A DNA stretch of 64,000 bases from Clostridia bacterium (GTDB lineage: Bacteria > Bacillota > Clostridia > Oscillospirales > Acutalibacteraceae): the NCBI GenBank assembly GCA_017398425.1, contig JAFQFZ010000039.1:5006-69005 (forward strand), given 5' to 3'. Positions 9,575 to 17,766 of this stretch are shown piece after piece (position 1 is the first letter of the stretch; the number at the start of each line of letters is the position of its first letter). A model generated the notes under the pieces. That model did not search any database and was not told the DNA's origin. It saw nothing but the letters and a program-made list of their open reading frames with translations. Position numbers and translations under genes: made by a program.

Positions 9575-12007
9575 TCATCCCAGGAGACTGAGGATGATCT
9601 GACGTGCATCGACGGTGGAGACGGTACCGTCGTGGTTGTAATCGGCGTAGGTGAGTTGTTCTTCGGTAAGTACATTGGGATCGATGGTGTATTTAAGCAC
9701 TTCGCGGCAATCGGTGGTGTTGACCGCGCCGTCCATGGTGACGTCACCGATGTCGTAGGTCGGCTCATCGGGATCGACGGGCGGTTCCACGGGCGGCTCG
9801 ACAACGGGCGGTGCGTTCGGATCGACCGCTGTAATGACGTAGGTGGGCTTACCGGCAAGACCCGGCTTGTGGTAATCAATGCCGTTCTTGTGGCGGTAGA
9901 CCACGCGGTAGAAGGTGTTGGGAGTCAATCCCGTAAAGGTGCCCGATTCCTGCCATGTCTCGCCGCCGTCGATGCTGATATCGTATCCGGTGCGCTCCGA
10001 CACGACGACCGTATCGTGGGTGAAGGACACCAGCGGCGGTACCTGCGAGGTGGCGGTGGTCTTGGTGGTGTATTCTAAGGTGATCGGCTCACTTGTCAGC
10101 GAACCGCGATAACTGCCCGTTGCCGTCACCTTAACGGTGATCTGCGAGCCGATGTACGACACGGCCGGCGTGTAGGTGCTCTTCGTTGCACCCGAGATCG
10201 CTTTGCCGTCGGCGTACCACTGATAGGAGAGCGTCGCGGCGTACGGTTTGACGGTAAACGTACCGGCAGTCAGCGTCGCACGGTATTCGGGAGCGCCGAG
10301 GATCTCCACTTCGCCCGAGATGGTCTTGCCGCTCGCCGTCGCGTAGCCGAACTGCTCGTCCATCCAGGCGATACGACCCTTCATATAGTTCTTCAGATAT
10401 TGCGTCTGCGCAAGCCACGATGTTTCACCGAGCTGAATGGCAGGAACGGAGAGCCACGAGGTGTTCGCGACCGCCGAGTCGTAGTTGTCGTGCCACAGCG
10501 CAAAGTTGTCGTTGGCGGCATCTTCAAGGTAGGGGACAAGACGGTCGATGTCTTCGAAGATCTTCTCAAGGATACCGCGGTCGTGCAGATCGGCCCAGCG
10601 TTTTTCCACCGCTGTGACGAAGCTGTCCATCTCGAACAGATTCTCATACCAGTCGGCGCGTTCGGTTTCGCGCGTGCGCCAACCGGTGGGATCGTCAATC
10701 TTGCTGTAAGCCACGGCACCCGAGCCGAGGTCGAAGTCCCATGCGGGACCCATAAAGAGCTTGCCGTCCTTATCCTTGAACAGCTTGACGCTGGAGAGGA
10801 AGTTGGAGTCGGTGTTTTTGAACGTCTCGTTGATGAGATACCAGTCGATGAAGCCGTCCATGTCGATATAATCCCACACGCGCTCGTCTTGTGCGCGGAT
10901 CAGATCGTTGACGGTTTGCAGATAGGTTTCGATGTAGTTGAGTTGTTCTTTGGAGGGGATCTCCGGCGTTTTGACCTGCACATACAGCTCTTGCTTGGAA
11001 TAGCCGCCGGTGTTTTCGATCACGAAATACGCCGCACCCTCCGATTCGTATTCCGCAAGAACGCGGGAGGAATCCTCGATCTCGAGGTAGTAGCCGACGT
11101 TGCCTTCGGGATAGAGCTGGACATCGTTGTCATCGAATTCGTCGCCGCTTTCGTCGATGGCGATGCGGGTGTCGTCGACCTGCACATGGTCGCCCATGTC
11201 ATACAATCCGAGGTAGGTACCGTTGAGGTACACTTCCACCGGGCGCATGCGCGGCACATAGACTTGGAAACCGGTGGTTTCGGCGGTGAAGGCGCTGAGT
11301 CGCGCACCGAAGCTGTAGGCAACGTCGTTGCGGATGGAAGCGGGATCCAGGAAGTTCGCCAAAAGCACCCAGCTCTTGGCTTTTCCGAGACCGAACACGT
11401 TTTGTTTGCTGTCAAACTTGATGCGATAGGGCTTCTTGTCATACAGCGAGGTGGAGTTGCCGCGCAGTTTGATGCCGCCCGTTGCCGCGATGATGTCCTT
11501 GCCGCCGTAGATGTCCGCACCGAGGACGGAAATCTCCGTCGGAACGTAATTGATCTTGTCGGGAATGGGAGCGTTCTCGGTATCGATGAGCACCACAGGG
11601 ATGCCGTTGTTTTCATCTACGATGGAGATCTGATATTCGGCGCGCGTGTTGTTGCCGTATACGATCAGCTCGTTTTCTTTCTTCAGCGTCACAGCCGTCT
11701 CGCCCGAGGTGATCTCGGTGCCGTTGAAGGTGACGGAATCTCCTTCAAACGCAAACTGCGGGATCAGCTCCGCGCCGACAAGGAGCGGATGGATTTTGGC
11801 GTTTTCCAGCACACGTCCGTCGCAAAGGGCGGTAAATTCCACGTCCCACGCAAGCCAGGCGTTGAGGGATTTCGGGAACGTCAGGGATGTCAGTTGGCAT
11901 CCGTTTTGCCCCCGGTAGACGGTGTAGCTGTCGAATGCCCAAACGGTACTCGGAAGAAGACCGATCAGCATCACGACAGCCAACAGAGTGGCAACGATTT
12001 TTTTCAT
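9575..12007 (-). CDS. cotH: CotH-family atypical kinase with Ig/FN3-like modules and C-terminal dockerin
   Basis: RBS GAGGAGG and a signal peptide. CotH blocks YDKKPYRIKFD, LLANFLDPASIRNDVAYSFG and VYLNGTYLGLYDMGDHV. Dockerin GDVTMDGAVNTTDCREVL / DYNHDGTVSTVDARQIIL. Confidence 0.8.
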   Translation of the reverse strand: MKKIVATLLAVVMLIGLLPSTVWAFDSYTVYRGQNGCQLTSLTFPKSLNAWLAWDVEFTALCDGRVLENAKIHPLLVGAELIPQFAFEGDSVTFNGTEITSGETAVTLKKENELIVYGNNTRAEYQISIVDENNGIPVVLIDTENAPIPDKINYVPTEISVLGADIYGGKDIIAATGGIKLRGNSTSLYDKKPYRIKFDSKQNVFGLGKAKSWVLLANFLDPASIRNDVAYSFGARLSAFTAETTGFQVYVPRMRPVEVYLNGTYLGLYDMGDHVQVDDTRIAIDESGDEFDDNDVQLYPEGNVGYYLEIEDSSRVLAEYESEGAAYFVIENTGGYSKQELYVQVKTPEIPSKEQLNYIETYLQTVNDLIRAQDERVWDYIDMDGFIDWYLINETFKNTDSNFLSSVKLFKDKDGKLFMGPAWDFDLGSGAVAYSKIDDPTGWRTRETERADWYENLFEMDSFVTAVEKRWADLHDRGILEKIFEDIDRLVPYLEDAANDNFALWHDNYDSAVANTSWLSVPAIQLGETSWLAQTQYLKNYMKGRIAWMDEQFGYATASGKTISGEVEILGAPEYRATLTAGTFTVKPYAATLSYQWYADGKAISGATKSTYTPAVSYIGSQITVKVTATGSYRGSLTSEPITLEYTTKTTATSQVPPLVSFTHDTVVVSERTGYDISIDGGETWQESGTFTGLTPNTFYRVVYRHKNGIDYHKPGLAGKPTYVITAVDPNAPPVVEPPVEPPVDPDEPTYDIGDVTMDGAVNTTDCREVLKYTIDPNVLTEEQLTYADYNHDGTVSTVDARQIILSLLG

Positions 12008-12029
12008 GTTGAGAACCTCCTCTTATCAA

Positions 12030-13433
12030 TCAGTCGTCCCTCTCGGAGGAGAACGACAAAATGTCTCCGTTGGCGGCGTCGATGAGATATTCGTATTCGA
12101 CGCCTCGATATTGAAACTCAAGTGCGTAGCGGATGTGGCCGCCTTGGTTTCTTGTGCGGATGTCCACGCGAATCGACAAATCGGGCACGTTGGCGTGCCG
12201 GAGTGCGATCTCCCGCGCTTGCTCGGCGGTAATGGGCATCGCTTTCGTTGCGGTCGTCGCAACGACCGTTGTCGTCGTGAGCGTTGTGGATTTCATGGTG
12301 GTTGAAGTCGCCGGCGTTGTCGAAGTCACCGTTGTGACCGGTGCGATCGTCGTTGCGGGAACCGATGCTTTGGTGGGGATAGTCACTTTGGTGGGTGCCG
12401 TGGTACGGATCTCCGTAGGACGGACGGTGCTTTCGGGACGGTCGTCCGCTTCTTTCTCCGCTTTCAGGATCGTGCCGTCCACGGCGTGAACGAGATATTC
12501 GTATTCCGTGGATTCAAACGTGAATTCCACTTCATAACACAGGACTCCGTTTTCACAGTCCCACTCCGCTTCCAGCTCGGTCACCGCGTCGGCCGTCAGC
12601 GTGGCATGCGCCAGCGCCGCCGCGGTCGCACGTTCGCGCCCGATGTACGCCCGTTCGCTTGCGTGACCGCGTCCGTGGACGGCAGGGAGCGCGATCTTTT
12701 CTGTCAACAAATGCAGGTCGTTGATCGGAAGTGTCGCCAAGCTCTCGAAGGTCTTAGTTTGGAGCGGATCGGCTTCGAGAATGCGACGCACCAACGCCGC
12801 TTTGCCAAGGCTGATGCCATGGGCATCGGCAAGCGCTTTCAGCTCGTCGTCCTTGACGACACGCTGGCTGAGTACCGCGCCCTCGACCTGTTTGTCGGCC
12901 ATGGTGCCGATCACTTCGTCGGTCAATTGTTGTTGCAACGTTTGCGCGTAGGTGTCATCGTCGTTATCAATGGTGATGAGAACGGAGTTTGCGGTATCGC
13001 TCAGATACCCGCCCTCCACCATAGAATCCACCAGCGCATCCACGGTATCGTTCAGCGAACGATCTTTCCAGTCGGTTTTTGCGAGGATCGCCTCGCCGTC
13101 GGCGTTCAGGGCGCGGACTTCAAGCACGGTTTCTTCTTTGTCCATAGAAATGGATACGCTGGGGTTGACGTCGAGCGAGACGACCGTCTCTGTCTTTGAT
13201 GCGAGGGGTAAGGGAGTATCCCTTCTCGAGAAATGCGAGATCATCGCACCGCCGATCACGGTCAACACCAGGGCGGCGGCGACGCTCATGGCGATATAGC
13301 GCCGAAAATGGGTTATTTTCGGGGGAGACGGAGGCGATTCCTCGCACGCGTCCAAAACTTCCTCGGATAAAGGCGGAACGGATAGCGCACCAAACCCATG
13401 TTGAACGTATTGTTCGATCTGTCGTTTTTTCAT
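12030..13433 (-). CDS. Anti-sigma-like single-pass membrane protein with two PepSY-like domains and a Thr-rich linker
   Basis: Start set at the ATG at 13433, forming an ATGA overlap with the sigma gene stop. TM segment YIAMSVAAALVLTVIGGAMISHF. PepSY-like ends (GVLCYEVEFTFESTEYEYLVHAVDGTIL; IRYALEFQYRGVEYEYLIDAANGDIL). No zf-HC2 motif is present. Confidence 0.65.
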   Translation of the reverse strand: MKKRQIEQYVQHGFGALSVPPLSEEVLDACEESPPSPPKITHFRRYIAMSVAAALVLTVIGGAMISHFSRRDTPLPLASKTETVVSLDVNPSVSISMDKEETVLEVRALNADGEAILAKTDWKDRSLNDTVDALVDSMVEGGYLSDTANSVLITIDNDDDTYAQTLQQQLTDEVIGTMADKQVEGAVLSQRVVKDDELKALADAHGISLGKAALVRRILEADPLQTKTFESLATLPINDLHLLTEKIALPAVHGRGHASERAYIGRERATAAALAHATLTADAVTELEAEWDCENGVLCYEVEFTFESTEYEYLVHAVDGTILKAEKEADDRPESTVRPTEIRTTAPTKVTIPTKASVPATTIAPVTTVTSTTPATSTTMKSTTLTTTTVVATTATKAMPITAEQAREIALRHANVPDLSIRVDIRTRNQGGHIRYALEFQYRGVEYEYLIDAANGDILSFSSERDD

Positions 13434-14002
13434 GCAGTATCCCCTTTTTCTAAAATCACACGTAGCTTCTTCAAAGCGCGGCTGTATTTGGACAGCACGG
13501 TCGGTAACGCGAGATGTAAGATTTGGGCAATTTCGCGATGGCGAAAACCACTCACCGCATGCAACACCACGATCTGTCGTTCTTCGTCGGACAGACGGTT
13601 CATGCAAGCGGACAAGGCCAATCGATCTTCGGTCGTGCACGGTATGCGGTCGTCGATCCATCCTTGCTCATCTTCTTCGGAGAGCGGGGTGGTTTTTTGC
13701 CGTGTGCGCAGCACCTGTACACAACGGTTATGTACAATGGTATAGATCCATGCTTTCGCTTTCCCTTGCGGGCGATAGGTTTTAGTGCCATGCACGATGG
13801 AAAGAAAGCTGTCCTGCAACACGTCCTGCGCGTCGTGCTCGTTTTGCACGACGGACAAGGCATAACCGTAGACCTCCTTGGAGATCGCTTCGTACAGACG
13901 CTGTAAGGCGTCACGGTCTCCCTGTCGTACGCGGTCAAGGAGATCGTCCAAATCCGGTGAGGCTGTGCTGTTCGCTACCGACGTCAAGTAGACTGTCAGC
14001 AC
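13430..14002 (-). CDS. ECF (sigma-70 family) RNA polymerase sigma factor
   Basis: Regions 2 and 4 are recognisable (DALQRLYEAISKEVYGYALSVV; LSDEERQIVVLHAVSGFRHREIAQILHLALPTVLSKYSRALKKL). Start set to the GTG at 14002, 9 nt after AGGAG. The track's TTG at 14011 directly abuts the RBS. Confidence 0.85.
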   Translation of the reverse strand: MLTVYLTSVANSTASPDLDDLLDRVRQGDRDALQRLYEAISKEVYGYALSVVQNEHDAQDVLQDSFLSIVHGTKTYRPQGKAKAWIYTIVHNRCVQVLRTRQKTTPLSEEDEQGWIDDRIPCTTEDRLALSACMNRLSDEERQIVVLHAVSGFRHREIAQILHLALPTVLSKYSRALKKLRVILEKGDTA

Positions 14003-14119
14003 ATTTCTCAACTCCTTTCATATACTTTAACGCGTGAACAAGGCATTTTATTGCACCGAATATAAAAAATTACGCGCCGCGACCGAAATTATCAGCCGCG
14101 ACGCGTTGTCGTTGGTAGA

Positions 14120-15235
14120 TCAGCGTTTGGCGCTGAGACGTTCTTTTTTGGCTTTTTTCGAGAAATAGATCTCGTTGCTGACCACAAAGATCAGCGAGAT
14201 CACCATCACAAGGTAGTAGCTGAGCAGTCGCCAGATCAGCATCACGCTGCTGGCATCGAGTTCAATGGCTTCGGTCACGATCTTCTCACCGATCAAGAAC
14301 ATAATGATGCATTTGAACACCTGACAAGCCGAGCCTTCCGTCGAACCCGAGGCACCGGGTGTGGGGATGAAGCCGACCGCAGTGATGGCAAACGACGTGC
14401 CGCACAGCACCATGAAGAAGTGCGAGAAATTGACGGGGATCCCGAGCGCCAACAGCGCAAAGAAGGTCGAACCGTAGAAGAAGACGAATGCGGCGATCTT
14501 GGTCAGCACCGCCAAGAGGCATTCCTTTTTGTGCTTCATCAGATCCGAAAACGCTTCCTGAACCTGCGTGAAATACTCTTTCGCACCGGCTTCTTTGGAC
14601 TTCAAGAACGCGAGCAAGCGAAACTTGCCGAAGAAGCGGATCATGCGAAGAAGCGCGTTGCGAAGTCCTTTGCTGGTGCCCAGCGCGATCATGATGACCA
14701 TCATCGAGAAGTTCAGCGCATAGCCGATGACAATGACGGGAATGAACGCAGGGTCGATGTGAGCGGTCAACTCCTCAAAATAGAACAAGCCGAGCAGCGA
14801 AAAACCGGTCGTCACGATCATGTAAATGATGAGGTTGGTGAGCAACAGACCGGTCGATTCGCCGATCTTCACCTTTGCGCGGGAGAAGGAGTGCGCCTGG
14901 AACGGTTGACCGCCTGTCGCGAGCGGCGTGATGCCGTTGAAGAAAAACTCCGTCATCGCGATCGAATAGGTCAGCTTGCCGGAGATCTTGCATCCGCGCG
15001 CCTTGGTGAGAATGCACAGCGACAGCGGATACAACGCCATGTACACAAGAAGCATGCAGGCACCCAGCAGGATGTACACCGGGTTGGCAGAAGCGAGCTT
15101 TTCCATAATACCCGGCAGGTCGTTGAACGACAACACCGTAAAGAACAGACACACCGCAATCAGCGCATACACCAAGAACAAGACGATCTTTTTTGCGCTG
15201 AGAGGGTTTTTTTGAGACGAATTATCCAAAACCAT
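14120..15235 (-). CDS. Polytopic membrane protein, lysyl-phosphatidylglycerol-synthase TM / flippase-like (UPF0104) family
   Basis: About 8 predicted TM helices. Architecture and length are typical of the MprF-TM-like family. Start set at the ATG at 15235, because a TTGACG-17-TATAAT promoter covers the track's TTG at 15313. Confidence 0.55.
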   Translation of the reverse strand: MVLDNSSQKNPLSAKKIVLFLVYALIAVCLFFTVLSFNDLPGIMEKLASANPVYILLGACMLLVYMALYPLSLCILTKARGCKISGKLTYSIAMTEFFFNGITPLATGGQPFQAHSFSRAKVKIGESTGLLLTNLIIYMIVTTGFSLLGLFYFEELTAHIDPAFIPVIVIGYALNFSMMVIMIALGTSKGLRNALLRMIRFFGKFRLLAFLKSKEAGAKEYFTQVQEAFSDLMKHKKECLLAVLTKIAAFVFFYGSTFFALLALGIPVNFSHFFMVLCGTSFAITAVGFIPTPGASGSTEGSACQVFKCIIMFLIGEKIVTEAIELDASSVMLIWRLLSYYLVMVISLIFVVSNEIYFSKKAKKERLSAKR

Positions 15236-15284
15236 GCTCCTTTCACAGCAAGGCAGAACACCGCTGAGATATGTAGTACAGTAT

Positions 15285-15313
15285 ATTATACCGAATAATT
15301 CGTGATTCGTCAA
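15285..15313 (-). promoter_or_regulatory. Sigma-70-type promoter for the flippase-like gene
   Basis: The minus strand reads TTGACG, 17 nt, TATAAT. Confidence 0.6.
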
Positions 15314-15363
15314 ATGTTGTCGACAGAAATTTACCGATTGTTAAGAAGTTGTAATTAACGCAT

Positions 15364-15405
15364 CTCCCGAAAGCGTCACCGAATCCTCGATGACGCTTTC
15401 GGGAG
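15364..15405 (-). terminator. Long hairpin just downstream of the 15408 gene (possible terminator)
   Basis: A 15-bp stem, ctcccgaaagcgtca...tgacgctttcgggag, with no clean U-run. Confidence 0.45.
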
Positions 15406-15407
15406 GG

Positions 15408-16379
15408 TCAGTCGACGGAAAGATGGACAAAGTTTCCGCTGAAAGACCACACGAAGTCCTCCTCCGGATTGCTTGAGGAAGAGATAAAGTTCAAATCCGA
15501 AATGAGGATTTCGGAATAGGAGGCAGGTGCCAGTGCTTTGAACGTGAGTCGGAAGAGCGGTTCGCCGTTTGTGTGGTTGCCGACCGAGCGGTGCGTGTCA
15601 AATTCGATGCGCACCGTGCCGTCTTCCGATTTGGAGGACGAAAACGCCGTGCCGTCCGGGAAGGCGGTGGCGGCGATGCCGTTTACATAGGGGTTTTGGA
15701 CACCCTCGCCGTTGACTGCGACCAATTCCATCACGTTCGCGTCGTAGGCGACGGTGAGCGAGCCTTTCACAAGGCAGGTCGTTCCGTTTGAGGAAAACGG
15801 GACGGTAAACAGCTCACCGACCGTTCCCACGGTTTCTACGGGAGAAAAGCGGACGAAGTGTACGATCGCTCCGAGCGGCGGCAACATACCACCATCGTGT
15901 TTTGTGGTTGTGGTGGTTGAAGGAACGGTGGTCGGGGAGGTGCTTCCCGTTGTAGAGACCGCGGTCGGCACGGTGGTCGGCGGCACGGTGGTCGGCGGCA
16001 CGGTGGTCCCGACGGTCGTTTGCACTGTAGTGTCGACTGTTGTGACGACGGTGCGGTCGGTGTCCTGCGTTACTTCGGTAGAGCCGGTGGTGGAGACGGC
16101 GGAGACGTCGGTCGATTCGCTCGAAGGCGGAGATGTTGTGTCATGCGGTGAAACGACGGTCGTCGTAACGGACGTAGGAATGGTCGTGGTGGTATCGGTG
16201 CCGAGCGGCACGGGTGTGCGATTGGCAGTGAAAAAGGTGGTTACCACCAACGCCATGGCACCGCAGAGCACGGCACCGCCGCAGATGGCGCGTGTGCGAC
16301 GACGCACCTTGGCAATGTGAATGATGCGTTCTTCACCGCGGCGGTGAATTTCTTGCTTCAACTCTTGCAAATCTCTCAA
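15408..16379 (-). CDS. Single-pass membrane protein: short basic cytoplasmic tail, TM, Thr/Pro-rich linker, C-terminal cohesin-like domain (putative anti-sigma-like partner)
   Basis: TTG start 7 nt after GGAGG, overlapping the sigma stop (TTGA). TM segment AICGGAVLCGAMALVVTTFF. The C-terminal ~150 aa follow the cohesin pattern (GELFTVPFSSNG..LVKGSLTVAYDANVMELVAV...DGTVRIEFD...GEPLFRLTFKAL). Confidence 0.55.
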   Translation of the reverse strand: MRDLQELKQEIHRRGEERIIHIAKVRRRTRAICGGAVLCGAMALVVTTFFTANRTPVPLGTDTTTTIPTSVTTTVVSPHDTTSPPSSESTDVSAVSTTGSTEVTQDTDRTVVTTVDTTVQTTVGTTVPPTTVPPTTVPTAVSTTGSTSPTTVPSTTTTTKHDGGMLPPLGAIVHFVRFSPVETVGTVGELFTVPFSSNGTTCLVKGSLTVAYDANVMELVAVNGEGVQNPYVNGIAATAFPDGTAFSSSKSEDGTVRIEFDTHRSVGNHTNGEPLFRLTFKALAPASYSEILISDLNFISSSSNPEEDFVWSFSGNFVHLSVD

Positions 16380-16921
16380 AACGGCACCTCCTCTCTCGAT
16401 AACAGTTCTTTGAGTTCTTTGCGTGCGCGATACAGCAGGTTGTCTATCTGTTTGGCGCTTTTCTTCATGACGCGCCCCGCGTCCTCGTAGGACAGATCCT
16501 CGAAGTACACTAAGTGTACCGCACTTTGCATGTCGGACGACAATTTTTCGATCGCGGCGGCCAGCGCCAGTGACTGATCGGATTTTTCGATGGGGTTTGC
16601 CTCTTGTGCTTCGTCGATCAACTCGCTGACGTCGGCAAAGCTGTGCGTGTTGCGCCGCTTATGATGGCGCAGATACGTCAGCGCACGGCTGCGACCGACC
16701 ATGAAAACGTACGTTTTCAATGACACCTTGAAGTTGTAGCGATACTTGTAGGCAAACAATTCAACAAAGGTGTCCACGGCAATGTCCTCAGCCGCTTGAT
16801 AATCCTGCACATAGCGATTCAGATAGTTCACAAGCTTGTGGAACATATCGTCCACGATGGCGTCGAATGCGTCTTTATCGCCGTCTATGTAGCGTTGATA
16901 GTGTTCGGCGTTGGTATCCAT
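16376..16921 (-). CDS. ECF (sigma-70 family) RNA polymerase sigma factor
   Basis: RBS GGAAAGGAG. Region 2 (DAFDAIVDDMFHKLVNYLNRYV..AEDIAVDTFVELF) and region 4 (YFEDLSYEDAGRVMKKSAKQIDNLLYRARKELK). Confidence 0.85.
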   Translation of the reverse strand: MDTNAEHYQRYIDGDKDAFDAIVDDMFHKLVNYLNRYVQDYQAAEDIAVDTFVELFAYKYRYNFKVSLKTYVFMVGRSRALTYLRHHKRRNTHSFADVSELIDEAQEANPIEKSDQSLALAAAIEKLSSDMQSAVHLVYFEDLSYEDAGRVMKKSAKQIDNLLYRARKELKELLSREEVPF

Positions 16922-17039
16922 ACGGCTCTCCTTTCCTGCGGAAAACGTCTCACTCTTTATACGACTGCAGAGAGGGGGATTTCCTTATAAAATATCTTTT
17001 TTTTTCAAAATTCGACCTTCGTACTCATGAAAAAGCGGC

Positions 17040-17075
17040 AAGCACCGTGGTGCTTGCCGCAAAAACGAAATGCAG
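17040..17075 (-). terminator. Terminator after pyrE
   Basis: gcggcaagcac/gtgcttgccgc hairpin, followed by TTTTT on the minus strand. Confidence 0.8.
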
Positions 17076-17078
17076 AGG

Positions 17079-17732
17079 TTATTTCGCGCCGTTGACCGCC
17101 AAATAATTCTTGATGCGAGTCACGTTCTCTTCGTTGGCGGGATCTTCTTCGAGGTACTCGATGATGTCGTACACGTCGACGACCGAGTACACAGGGAAGC
17201 CGAATTGCTCGGCGATCTCCTGCATCGCGCCCTTTTCGGTCTGACCCTTTTCTTTGCGGTCGACCATGATGAAGGTCGCAATGACCTTGGTGCCGTCGAG
17301 GTGGCTGAGGATCTCCATCGACTCGCGGATCGCCGTGCCGGCGGTGATGACGTCCTCGATGATGACGATCTCTTCGCCCGCTTGCGGGACATAGCCGACA
17401 AACATGCCGCCTTCGCCGTGATCCTTGACTTCCTTACGGTTGAAGAAGAAGGGGACGTTCAAGCCGTTCTTGGACAGCGCGACCGCCGCCGAGATGGACA
17501 GCGAAATGCCCTTGTACGCAGGACCGTACAGTACCGCATCCTTCTTGCCCAGCTTGTCGAAATACGCCTTGGCGTAAAACTCGCCCATCTTGGTGATCTG
17601 GTCACCGGTCTTGATCATACCGGCGTTGACGAAATAGGGGATCTTGCGACCGGATTTGGCGGTGAAGTCACCGAACTTCAGCACGCCCGCTTCTTGCAAG
17701 AACTCAATAAACTCTCTTTTGTACGCTTCCAT
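17079..17732 (-). CDS. pyrE: Orotate phosphoribosyltransferase
   Basis: MEAYKREFIEFLQEAGVLKFGDFTAKSGRKIPYFVNAG and the PRPP-binding loop IVIIEDVITAGTA. Confidence 0.9.
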   Translation of the reverse strand: MEAYKREFIEFLQEAGVLKFGDFTAKSGRKIPYFVNAGMIKTGDQITKMGEFYAKAYFDKLGKKDAVLYGPAYKGISLSISAAVALSKNGLNVPFFFNRKEVKDHGEGGMFVGYVPQAGEEIVIIEDVITAGTAIRESMEILSHLDGTKVIATFIMVDRKEKGQTEKGAMQEIAEQFGFPVYSVVDVYDIIEYLEEDPANEENVTRIKNYLAVNGAK

Positions 17733-17766
17733 GACAGACTCTCCTTTTTGTGAATCCTTGAAACTT

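Noticed and set aside
15236-15313. Longer N-terminal extension of the flippase-like gene (TTG start at 15313)
   Set aside because: A TTGACG-17-TATAAT promoter occupies 15285-15313, and the extension (MTNHELFGIIYCTTYLSGVLPCCERS) is not protein-like. The ATG at 15235 is used, although its RBS spacing is short.
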